A stretch of 32,000 bases of DNA from Erysipelotrichaceae bacterium MTC7 (lineage in GTDB: Bacteria; Bacillota_I; Bacilli_A; Erysipelotrichales; Erysipelotrichaceae). Under the pieces are notes generated by a model. The model saw only the letters and a list, made by a program, of their open reading frames with translations, made no database searches and was not told where the DNA came from. Below, one piece after another: positions 18,643-29,561 of the stretch; position 1 is the first letter of the stretch; each line of letters opens with the position of its first letter. The DNA lies in assembly GCA_001695645.1 (NCBI GenBank), contig LVZN01000008.1:1-32000 (forward strand), in the 5' to 3' direction. The translations under genes and the position numbers were made by a program.

Positions 18643-18984
18643 ATGTCTGATTTAATTAAAGAAAATGAATTGGTTGAAGTTGCAATGCAAATAATACTTC
18701 ATGCAGGTGATGCCAGACTTAAAATAGAAGAAGCTTTGGATGAGGTGAAAAAGTTTGACTTTACAAAAGCGAAAGAAATATTACAAGATGCAGAGGAATG
18801 TATAAGACAGGCTCATGTCGCACAAACACAAATCATTCAAAATGAAACAAGTGGAAAGACATATGAAGCAAGCTTATTATTCAATCATGCTCAAGATACG
18901 TTGATGACAATAATGTCAGAAGAAAAAATTGCCAAGCAAATGTTAGAAATTGCTGAGGTATTGTATAAAGAATTAAAAAAATAG
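18643..18984 (+). CDS. PTS lactose/cellobiose-family EIIA component
   Basis: 113 aa, helical, with VAMQIILHAGDARLKIEEAL and the phospho-histidine region QAHVAQTQIIQNE. Confidence 0.9.
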   Translation: MSDLIKENELVEVAMQIILHAGDARLKIEEALDEVKKFDFTKAKEILQDAEECIRQAHVAQTQIIQNETSGKTYEASLLFNHAQDTLMTIMSEEKIAKQMLEIAEVLYKELKK

Positions 18985-21890
<2,906 letters not shown>

Positions 21891-21897
21891 TTAAAAA

Positions 21898-21926
21898 AGA
21901 GAAGACACGCAAGTGTCTTCTTTAAT
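21898..21926 (+). terminator. Hairpin with a short T-tail after the second GH1 gene (probably a leaky terminator)
   Basis: GAAGACAC-GCAA-GTGTCTTC (21901-21920) flanked by an A-run and followed by TTTAAT. Confidence 0.55.
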
Positions 21927-21949
21927 AAGAAGGAGATAATAATGAATCA

Positions 21950-22537
21950 ATGAACATGTTGTATTGGAAAAAAGTCTTATTTCTTAGTACAGGAGCAATT
22001 ATTTTAGGTGTTGGTATTGGTCTAGCTATAGTTTCTGGTCATGGTGGAGATGCAATTTCAGTTTTTAGTGAAGGGATCAGTAAAACTTTCGAAATTTCCA
22101 TTGGAGTTGCCTCTATGGTGTTTTATGTTCTATTTATGATTCCAATGTTAGTAATTGATAGGAAACAATTTGGTATAGGAACCATACTTTCCCCGATTAT
22201 ATGTGCAATAACGCTAGATTTGTTTTTAACGTTTGTGTCACTTAAAATGACTACTGTAGAAGCAATATTTTGTTTGCTTATGGGAATTGTTTTAATTGGC
22301 GTTGGCATAGGAATATATATCAGTGTTGGATTGGGCCGGTCAAGTTATGATGCGATTATTTTATCAATTGGCAATAAGCTAGAAAAGCCATTGTGGATAG
22401 TAAAAGGAAGTGCGGATTTAATGCTGTGTATTTTTGGTACACTATTGGGTGGAACGATTGGTTTAGGACCCGTATGTGCTGTTATTTTCATTGGACCCGT
22501 ATTAGAACTAACACTCAAACTTATAGATTCAAAGTAG
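21950..22537 (+). CDS. YczE/YitT-like small integral membrane protein (two-repeat topology, function unknown)
   Basis: 195 aa and about 6 TM. Repeated motif GVGIGLAIVSGHGGDAISVF / GVGIGIYISVGLGRSSYDAIILSI, and a C-terminal GLGPVCAVIFIGPVLE. The pattern matches my recollection of the YczE (DUF6198) family. Confidence 0.6.
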   Translation: MNMLYWKKVLFLSTGAIILGVGIGLAIVSGHGGDAISVFSEGISKTFEISIGVASMVFYVLFMIPMLVIDRKQFGIGTILSPIICAITLDLFLTFVSLKMTTVEAIFCLLMGIVLIGVGIGIYISVGLGRSSYDAIILSIGNKLEKPLWIVKGSADLMLCIFGTLLGGTIGLGPVCAVIFIGPVLELTLKLIDSK

Positions 22538-22596
22538 GATAGATCAAGTGGAAATTTGTAATTTCTTAGTGTTTGTCTGTACAAAATACGAAACTA

Positions 22597-22634
22597 AAAC
22601 GTGTGATAAATATATATTTTTCACACGTTTTTTA
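22597..22634 (+). terminator. Rho-independent terminator closing the sugar locus
   Basis: AAAACGTGTGA (22597-22607) pairs with TCACACGTTTT (22621-22631), followed by further Ts. Confidence 0.7.
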
Positions 22635-22786
22635 ATTTGACAATCAATATGTATTTTTATATTTGGGTTATGTGGCCCTATGAGAAACTATTGATCCATG
22701 TGAAATGAATCAAATAGTGATAAATTATCTTATTCAACATTACTCTTTTCTTTCAAAACTGTAAGGAAGAACAAGCCGTGAATTCT

Positions 22787-22814
22787 TTGTCTTTGGCTAT
22801 GCCTATGGTATAAT
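22787..22814 (+). promoter_or_regulatory. Promoter of the Wzy_C-like gene
   Basis: TTGTCT (22787-22792), a 16-nt spacer, then TGgTATAAT (-10 at 22809-22814). The SD GAGGAC precedes ATG 22836. Confidence 0.55.
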
Positions 22815-22835
22815 TCTAGCAGTGAGGACGAATTT

Positions 22836-24071
22836 ATGGGACATATACGAAGTTTTTTATACGACTTTAGACATATTTATACCTTGGAAGACAAACTGAT
22901 TGTAATCATGTGTGCTTCCTTGTTTTTACCATATGTAGTTACAATTGCCACACTTGTGGGTGTTGCTATCTATGTATTGGTACGAAAAAAAATACCCATG
23001 CTTTTAAAAAGTGTAAAACGCGCAAACATTCTTTTATTTTTTGCAGTGTATTTGCTTGTTGTTTCTTTGGTGTTTCAAAATTACCTAGGTGCACTTATCA
23101 GTGTGGGGATTGCGGCAATCTTTGTGGATGTGATTTATTTTAGAAAGTACATTCACCGCAGTTTGCTTGAAATTATCATCAATGTAATGATTGTATTAAG
23201 CTTAGTTAGTGTTGTTTACGCAATTGGGGAACAACTCTATTATATGAATACAGTTGATGCGATGCATGGATTTTTTGATATCCAAAACAAACCAGAACAT
23301 CGCGTCCATACATTTTTCTTTAACGCGAACTATTATGCGATGATGCTAGTGTTTGCAAGTACATTTTGTGTTCATCAGTTTATGTTTGCGCGCCCAACAT
23401 CAAGACGCATCTTCTATGTTATTGCTGGAATCATCAACTTATTTGCCATCTTTTTAACAGGTGGACGAATTGCTTGGTTGTGTTTGGCAATCGGTATTTT
23501 TGGGATGTTATTGGTTGGTCATTGGTACAAAACGTTTGTCGCTTCCGTTGGTGGTGTTGGGTTGGCAATTGGAGTGTTAGCTTTAAAGCCAGGTTTATTG
23601 CCACGTATTGCTTCACAAGGGTTGAGCATTGGACGACGTTTACACATTTGGCGAACGGCATCACTGATGGTAAAAGATACATGGCTTTTTGGTAAAGGTC
23701 CGTTAACCTACTATCATTTCTATCCAAACTATTACGACGCATATGTGGCAAAGTGGGGTTCTTCCCATTTATCAAAGCGTTTAGGAATTAGTGCTCCACA
23801 TACGCACTCTATGTTTATTGAACCATTTATTTCGTTTGGGATTGTTGGTACCCTATTGTTGGGTTGGTATGTATTAAGCCAAATTCGTCGGTTGGTTCGC
23901 ATGATTATTCGCAAGATTGATCCAAGTACAGCAACATTGATTACAGGTGTACTATTAAGTACCATTGCATTTTGTATCATCGACTTCCCAGTGTTCTGGG
24001 TGCAAACAGGAACGTTGTTCTTATTCATTCTTGGATGTAGTGAAATCGACAAGAAGGAGTTGGATGTATGA
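22836..24071 (+). CDS. O-antigen ligase / Wzy_C-family polytopic membrane protein
   Basis: 411 aa and more than 10 TM. Wzy_C-like signature: LTGGRIAWLCLAIGIFG, then RRLHIWRTASLMVKDTWLFGKGPLTYY and APHTHSMFIEPFISFGIVG. Confidence 0.7.
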   Translation: MGHIRSFLYDFRHIYTLEDKLIVIMCASLFLPYVVTIATLVGVAIYVLVRKKIPMLLKSVKRANILLFFAVYLLVVSLVFQNYLGALISVGIAAIFVDVIYFRKYIHRSLLEIIINVMIVLSLVSVVYAIGEQLYYMNTVDAMHGFFDIQNKPEHRVHTFFFNANYYAMMLVFASTFCVHQFMFARPTSRRIFYVIAGIINLFAIFLTGGRIAWLCLAIGIFGMLLVGHWYKTFVASVGGVGLAIGVLALKPGLLPRIASQGLSIGRRLHIWRTASLMVKDTWLFGKGPLTYYHFYPNYYDAYVAKWGSSHLSKRLGISAPHTHSMFIEPFISFGIVGTLLLGWYVLSQIRRLVRMIIRKIDPSTATLITGVLLSTIAFCIIDFPVFWVQTGTLFLFILGCSEIDKKELDV

Positions 24072-24268
24072 GTGTGATTCAAATTGTGGAAACCGCAACC
24101 TATATTATTTTATTCTGCTTAAGTATGTGGTCGTTAACAGCTGTGCGTTTTGATAAACTATGCTTTACTAGCAATCCACACAAGGTTCGCTTATTGTTGA
24201 TCTTGTTGTCGTTTGCGATTGCATATCTAGGAACACAGTTTTTATTTAGTTTAACAATTTATCGATAG
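24068..24268 (+). CDS. DUF1146 (YwzB-like) small membrane protein
   Basis: 66 aa and two TM. The motif SMWSLTAVRFDKL resembles the W-x-L-x(3)-R-F-D-K-L signature I associate with the YwzB/DUF1146 family. ATGA overlap with the upstream gene. Confidence 0.55.
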   Translation: MSVIQIVETATYIILFCLSMWSLTAVRFDKLCFTSNPHKVRLLLILLSFAIAYLGTQFLFSLTIYR

Positions 24269-24278
24269 AGGGGTACTT

Positions 24279-25427
24279 ATGAAGTTTCGATTGGATGAAA
24301 ACAGTAAAAAAATCGTACATATTGGTGGAGCAATTGCATTTATTGCCATCGCTTTATTCTTTTTCTTTAGCAATTTTGATGTACTAAAGATTTGGGTCCA
24401 CAATGTATTCCAAGTATTGATGCCATTTATCATTGGTTTTGTGATTGCGTTTTTAATGAATCCAATCATGATTTTATTTGAAACAAAGGTGTTTGCAGGT
24501 TTACCAGGATCGAAAAAACTAAAACGCAATATTTCTGCAATTCTTGCAGTGATTCTTGGTGTGGTCTTAGTAGGTTTATTGGTCTTTGTGATTGGAAGCC
24601 AAATGCGCGAGTCCTTAGATCATCTACTTGCCAATTACGATAAGTACTTGTTGTCATTTGAGAGCTTTATGCAAGATACTTTAGAGTTTTTGCACATCGA
24701 AGCTGCTGAAGTTGAAAACATTCTTGAATCCAGCGAAGATTTACTTAGCGACTTGTTAAAGAATATTCAAACCTACGCACCAACAATTTTTAATTTTGGA
24801 TTGGGTTTTATTACATTGATTATTAAAATCCTGGTTGGTATCATCGCTGGGGTGTATATGTTGATGGATAAAGAACGATTTATTGCACAGTTTCGGCAAT
24901 TGAATCGTGCCTTGTTTCCTCAGGTTGTCTCAACCTTTCTAGAAAATTTCTTTCCTGTGTTACGAAGAATCTTTTATGATTTTATTGTAGGGAAAGCTTT
25001 GGATTCTTTAATTATCGGGATTATTTGTTATGTTGGACTTGAACTGCTGGGTATCAGTTATGCACCATTCATTAGTGTGATTGTTGGTGTGACCAATATG
25101 ATTCCCGTTTTCGGTCCATTTATTGGAGCGGTGCCAGGAATCTTCATTCTACTCTTAGTGGAACCAATTGAGGCACTCTACTTTGCGATCTTTGTGTTTG
25201 CCTTGCAACAATTCGATGGCAATATCCTGGGGCCAAAAATCCTTGGTGACAAATTAGGAATCCCAAGTTTCTGGGTCTTGTTCTCAGTTACTGTAGGTGG
25301 AGCAATCTTTGGCTTTGTTGGTATGTTTATTGGTGTGCCTGTCTTTGCTGCTATCTATTACTTGGTGAAAATGTTTGTCGATTATCGACTTGCAAACAAA
25401 CCAAAAGAGGAACCAACAGAAATTTAA
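24279..25427 (+). CDS. AI-2E family transporter (UPF0118/PerM-like)
   Basis: 382 aa and about 8 TM, with the family motif VTNMIPVFGPFIGAVPGIFILLL and QQFDGNILGPKILG. Confidence 0.85.
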   Translation: MKFRLDENSKKIVHIGGAIAFIAIALFFFFSNFDVLKIWVHNVFQVLMPFIIGFVIAFLMNPIMILFETKVFAGLPGSKKLKRNISAILAVILGVVLVGLLVFVIGSQMRESLDHLLANYDKYLLSFESFMQDTLEFLHIEAAEVENILESSEDLLSDLLKNIQTYAPTIFNFGLGFITLIIKILVGIIAGVYMLMDKERFIAQFRQLNRALFPQVVSTFLENFFPVLRRIFYDFIVGKALDSLIIGIICYVGLELLGISYAPFISVIVGVTNMIPVFGPFIGAVPGIFILLLVEPIEALYFAIFVFALQQFDGNILGPKILGDKLGIPSFWVLFSVTVGGAIFGFVGMFIGVPVFAAIYYLVKMFVDYRLANKPKEEPTEI

Positions 25428-25435
25428 ACTTATCA

Positions 25436-25468
25436 AACATCTCGCGTAAAGTAGAGATGTTTTTTTTT
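25436..25468 (+). terminator. Rho-independent terminator after the AI-2E transporter gene
   Basis: AACATCTC-N10-GAGATGTT followed by T9. Confidence 0.8.
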
Positions 25469-25538
25469 ATGGAATCCGCGAAAACTGTGGAGGAAAATCA
25501 GTTGAAATATGTTAAAAATAGTTTTCCACACCCTTATC

Positions 25539-25566
25539 TTTTCATTTCAAACTTTTGTGCTATAAT
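25539..25566 (+). promoter_or_regulatory. Extended -10 promoter of the mreB-family gene
   Basis: TGcTATAAT (25558-25566) with a weak -35 TTTTCA 16 nt upstream. Confidence 0.5.
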
Positions 25567-25611
25567 GATAAAGCGTGAAAATGTATGAAATTGTAGAAAG
25601 CGAGGAATATA

Positions 25612-26601
25612 ATGTTTTTTAGCAAAGAAGTTGGTATCGACTTAGGTACAGCAAACTTATTAATTTATGTTAAAGGTGAAGGAATTGTCGTTGACGAACC
25701 TTCTGTAGTTGCGATTGATGCAGACAGCAAACGTTGTTTAGCTGCTGGTAATGAAGCAAAAGATATGTTAGGAAGAACACCAGGAAAAATCTTGGCAATT
25801 CGTCCTTTGAAAGATGGAGTTATTGCAGATTTTGAGGTTACTGAAATTATGCTTAACTACTTCTTGAAAAAAATCAATATTAAAGGAATGTTTAAACGTC
25901 CAACGATTTTAATTTGTTGCCCAAGTAACATTACAAGTGTTGAACGTAATGCGATTCGTGACTGTGCATACCGTGCAGGTGCGAAAAAAGTATACATTGA
26001 AGAAGAACCAAAAGTAGCTGCAGTTGGAGCTGGTTTAGATATTAGCAAACCAAGTGGATGCATGGTACTTGATATAGGTGGGGGAACTACGGATATCGCA
26101 GTTTTATCATTGGGTGAAATTGTTACAAGTACATCATTAAAAATCGCTGGAGATACATTAGATAAAGATATTATTAAACATGTAAAAGATAAAAAGAAAT
26201 TGTTAATTGGTGAACGTACTGCAGAACGTATTAAAAAAGAAGTTGGTACAGCTTGGCCAAAAACAAGAAAAGAAACGGTTGAAGTAAGTGGTCGTGACTT
26301 AGTAACAGGATTGCCACACAAAATCAGCTTAACAAGTGCGGAAACAGAAGAAGCGATGCGTGAACACTTAGCGCAAATCGTTAGTGCTTGTAAAGTTGTG
26401 CTTGAACAAACACCGCCAGAGTTAAGTAGTGATATTGTGACTCGTGGTATTGTTATCACAGGTGGTGGAGCCTTGTTGCATGGAATTGATGAACTGCTTG
26501 CAAATGAACTAGGAGTTCCTGTATACATTGCAGAAAATGCGTTAAGTTCAGTAGCTGAAGGTTGTGGAGTCTTATTAGAAAACCTAGACATCGTTAGCTA
26601 A
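25612..26601 (+). CDS. mreB: Rod-shape-determining actin homolog (MreB/Mbl family)
   Basis: 329 aa with VGIDLGTANLLIY, DEPSVVA, LDIGGGTTDIAVLSLG and ITGGGALLHGIDELL. Confidence 0.96.
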   Translation: MFFSKEVGIDLGTANLLIYVKGEGIVVDEPSVVAIDADSKRCLAAGNEAKDMLGRTPGKILAIRPLKDGVIADFEVTEIMLNYFLKKINIKGMFKRPTILICCPSNITSVERNAIRDCAYRAGAKKVYIEEEPKVAAVGAGLDISKPSGCMVLDIGGGTTDIAVLSLGEIVTSTSLKIAGDTLDKDIIKHVKDKKKLLIGERTAERIKKEVGTAWPKTRKETVEVSGRDLVTGLPHKISLTSAETEEAMREHLAQIVSACKVVLEQTPPELSSDIVTRGIVITGGGALLHGIDELLANELGVPVYIAENALSSVAEGCGVLLENLDIVS

Positions 26602-26615
26602 GGGGGTGCTCACTC

Positions 26616-27686
26616 ATGCAATGGGTACTTTACTTGGTTGTACCTTTAGTCCTATCGACATTGATAACACCGCTTATCAATCGAATCGGAATTAAACTTG
26701 ATATATATGCACATACCAATGAGCGTACCATTCACCATGGGAAAATTGCCAGAGTTGGTGGAATCGCCATTTATGTTGCATTTATTTTATCGATGACCTT
26801 TTTCAATGATGCCATCGATGATGCATTTCGTGGACTGTTAATCGGTTCGACGATTATGTTTATCGGAGGCTTAATTGATGATATGGTTGACTTAAAGCCC
26901 ATTCTTAAAATTGGGTTTCAAGTGCTTGCAGCCTATATACTCATTAAAGTTGGTGGTGTCGAACTAGGGGTGATCTATTTACCTTTTGGCATCGTCATCA
27001 ACATGGGTGTTGTGTCATTTTTAGTTACTTTTATTTGGATTATTGGAATTAGTAATGCCATTAACCTGATTGATGGGTTGGATGGACTTGCCGGTGGTGT
27101 CACAACCATTGTGTTCTTAACAATTGCTGCAATATCCATTGCGGATGATCGTCCGGACATTGCGATGATTTCGCTTCTGATTGCAGGAGCAACACTCGGG
27201 TTTTTATTCTTTAATTTCCATCCAGCAAAAATCTTCATGGGAGATTGCGGAGCTTTATTCTTAGGTTTTGTGGTCGCTGCGATTTCGTTGATGGGCTTTA
27301 AAGGTTCAACGTTTATTACGTTGGGATTTCCGATGTTATTATTGTCAGTGCCAATCGTGGATACGTTAAGTGCCATTGTGCGAAGAACGTTCAGCGGTAA
27401 GAAATTCACTGATGCAGATAAAGGACACTTCCATCATGTATTGATGCGACGTTTTGGACATCGTAATACCGTTTTGATTATTTATGCGATCACCATGTCA
27501 TTTGGTGTGGTTGCTTACATTTACATCCTGAACCAAAAACTTGGTTTACTGTGTGTTGCACTATTGTTTGTTGGGCTTGAAATTTTCTTAGAGACCTCAC
27601 AAATGATTTCGCCAAAATATCATCCATTACTATCCATTTATCGTCTATTATTTAGAAAAAATGATAAGAATGACAAGGAACAATAG
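26616..27686 (+). CDS. tagO: Glycosyltransferase family 4 polyprenyl-phosphate HexNAc-1-phosphate transferase (TagO/WecA-like)
   Basis: 356 aa and about 10 TM, with the MraY/WecA-family motifs NAINLIDGLDGLAGG, FMGDCGALFLGF and DKGHFHH. Confidence 0.85.
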   Translation: MQWVLYLVVPLVLSTLITPLINRIGIKLDIYAHTNERTIHHGKIARVGGIAIYVAFILSMTFFNDAIDDAFRGLLIGSTIMFIGGLIDDMVDLKPILKIGFQVLAAYILIKVGGVELGVIYLPFGIVINMGVVSFLVTFIWIIGISNAINLIDGLDGLAGGVTTIVFLTIAAISIADDRPDIAMISLLIAGATLGFLFFNFHPAKIFMGDCGALFLGFVVAAISLMGFKGSTFITLGFPMLLLSVPIVDTLSAIVRRTFSGKKFTDADKGHFHHVLMRRFGHRNTVLIIYAITMSFGVVAYIYILNQKLGLLCVALLFVGLEIFLETSQMISPKYHPLLSIYRLLFRKNDKNDKEQ

Positions 27687-27703
27687 GTCCTTGTCATTTT
27701 TTT
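27670..27703 (+). terminator. Rho-independent terminator of the tagO-like gene (the stop codon lies in the loop)
   Basis: ATGACAAGGA (27670-27679) pairs with TCCTTGTCAT (27688-27697), followed by T7. Confidence 0.8.
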
Positions 27704-27758
27704 ACCATATTTTTACGCTATATCTTCATCATTTATTCACAAATTACATGGCTTAGCG

Positions 27759-27767
27759 TGGTATAAT
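27759..27767 (+). promoter_or_regulatory. Extended -10 element TGgTATAAT ending 6 nt upstream of the tilS ATG
   Basis: TG at 27759-27760, TATAAT at 27762-27767, ATG at 27774. There is no SD in between. Confidence 0.5.
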
Positions 27768-27773
27768 TGCACC

Positions 27774-28979
27774 ATGCAAGAGGAACGAGAAACTTGGGTA
27801 GTGGCCGTCTCTGGAGGCGCAGATTCGATGGCTTTACTGGATATGTATCGTAAGAAAAATCTACAACTCGTCGTGGCACATGTGAATTACCATAAACGAG
27901 ATACGGCAGATCGTGATGAAAAAGGAGTTTGTGAATACTGTAAGACGTATAACATTCCTTTTTTTGCATACCACGTACATCATTATGAGGAAGGAAACTT
28001 CCAAGCGCAGGCTCGCGTGATTCGCTATCAATTCTTTAAAACGTTGGTGGAAGAACATCATGCATGTGGTGTTTTGGTTGCACATCACCAAGACGATGTG
28101 CTGGAAACGTACTTGATGCAAAAGAAGCGAAACTCCATTCCAACCAGCTATGGAATTGCAAAAGAAAGTGTCGTAAAAGGTGTGTTGGTAAAACGACCGC
28201 TGTTGCATTTACGTAAAGTTGATTTGTATGCGTACTGCAAAAAACATCACATCAACTATTATGAAGATGAAAGTAATGCTACAAATGCGTATACCAGAAA
28301 TAAAATTCGCCATGAACAAGTCATGAAGTTAGATGATGAACAACGTCAAGAACTACTGGAAAAGATGCAACAAGAAAATGAACAACTAGAAACATTGCGT
28401 GAACACGTAGCCCCTCATGTAAAAAAGGTGCTATCTATCCAGGATCTGGGTTCACTATCTATAGTTGAACAAGAACAGTTGCTCTATATGTGGTTGCTTA
28501 CGTATAGTCATTATCACCAAATTTCCAAAGCATACATTGCACAAGTTATCGAACGGCTGCAAAAGAAAGGAAATTGGGCATGTGATTTTAAAAAGGGATA
28601 CGAAATCGTTTGTGAATACGGAAACATCAAGTTGTGTAAGAAAACCAAACAAACCTATTGCTATCAATATGATGAATTGCAGTATGAGAGCACCCCATAT
28701 TTTGCGATTGCAAAACAAGGTGCAACCATTGAAGGAATCCAGGTAAAAGAAAGTGACTTTCCATTATGGATTCGTTCACCAAAACCGGGGGATACGATTC
28801 AACTGCGCTATGGAAAAAAGAAAGTTTCCCGCTTTCTCATTGACCGTAAAATTGCCAAAAAAACAAGAGAAATTTGGCCAGTTGTAGAAAATGCTCATGG
28901 GGATATCATATTTGTTAGTGGAATTGGCTGTGATGTGTTTCATTATAGTAACAATTTCAATATGTTTGTGATAAAATAA
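27774..28979 (+). CDS. tilS: tRNA(Ile)-lysidine synthase
   Basis: 401 aa with the PP-loop VAVSGGADSMALL, then HVNYHKR and AHHQDDVLET. Conserved tilS-hpt-ftsH order. Confidence 0.93.
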   Translation: MQEERETWVVAVSGGADSMALLDMYRKKNLQLVVAHVNYHKRDTADRDEKGVCEYCKTYNIPFFAYHVHHYEEGNFQAQARVIRYQFFKTLVEEHHACGVLVAHHQDDVLETYLMQKKRNSIPTSYGIAKESVVKGVLVKRPLLHLRKVDLYAYCKKHHINYYEDESNATNAYTRNKIRHEQVMKLDDEQRQELLEKMQQENEQLETLREHVAPHVKKVLSIQDLGSLSIVEQEQLLYMWLLTYSHYHQISKAYIAQVIERLQKKGNWACDFKKGYEIVCEYGNIKLCKKTKQTYCYQYDELQYESTPYFAIAKQGATIEGIQVKESDFPLWIRSPKPGDTIQLRYGKKKVSRFLIDRKIAKKTREIWPVVENAHGDIIFVSGIGCDVFHYSNNFNMFVIK

Positions 28980-29006
28980 TGTTTATTAATAGTCAAGGAG
29001 TACATT

Positions 29007-29552
29007 ATGCATAAGGATGTTGCAAGAGTTTTAGTTTCAAGAGAAGAGATACATGAAAAATGTATCGAATTAGGTCAAAAAATTACGAAAGATTACACAG
29101 AAAAAGGCGAACTACCAATTTTGGTTGGCTTGCTGAACGGGTCTGTTCCATTCATGAGTGAATTGATGAAAAACATCGAGATGGATGTTGAGATTGATTT
29201 CATGGATGTTTCAAGTTATGAAGGAACACATTCAGTGGGATCTATTCGGATCAATAAAGATATGGGTACCAGTGCTGCTGGTAAATCCATTTTATTAGTA
29301 GAAGATATCGTGGATACTGGAAAAACACTAACAGAAGTTAAGCGTATGTTAGCCAATAAAGGCGCAAGAGAAGTACGCGTTGTTTCTTTGTTAGATAAAC
29401 CAGAGAGACGTACAGAAGAAATCGAAGCAGATTACGTTGGGTTTACCATTCCTAATGAGTTTGTAATCGGATATGGGTTGGACTACAACCAAAAATACCG
29501 TAACTTACCCTATGTAGGAATTTTAAAACCTGAAGTTTATGAAGAGTCATAG
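29007..29552 (+). CDS. hpt: Hypoxanthine(-guanine) phosphoribosyltransferase
   Basis: 181 aa with the PRPP-binding motif ILLVEDIVDTGKTL and the C-terminal GYGLDYNQKYRNLPY. Confidence 0.96.
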   Translation: MHKDVARVLVSREEIHEKCIELGQKITKDYTEKGELPILVGLLNGSVPFMSELMKNIEMDVEIDFMDVSSYEGTHSVGSIRINKDMGTSAAGKSILLVEDIVDTGKTLTEVKRMLANKGAREVRVVSLLDKPERRTEEIEADYVGFTIPNEFVIGYGLDYNQKYRNLPYVGILKPEVYEES

Positions 29553-29561
29553 GAGGGCTAA

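Noticed and set aside
22636-22720. Perfect TTGACA at 22636-22641 and a 12-codon ORF (MWPYEKLLIHVK) in the 300-bp gap before the Wzy_C gene. This could be a possible sRNA, leader or micropeptide.
   Set aside because: No acceptable -10 lies at 16-18 nt spacing (TATTTG at best). The mini-ORF has no SD, and I could see no stable structure or terminator defining an RNA. The better promoter is at 22787-22814.
25857-26591. 244-aa ORF antisense to mreB. Similar long antisense or shadow ORFs occur at 6796-7290, 7755-8306, 26975-27409, 1748-2092, 2129-2470 and 27861-28208.
   Set aside because: Each lies entirely inside a well-supported conserved gene on the opposite strand. Their composition is low-complexity (S/T/P/I-rich), they carry no SD or promoter, and they have no recognisable motifs. 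These are typical shadow ORFs.
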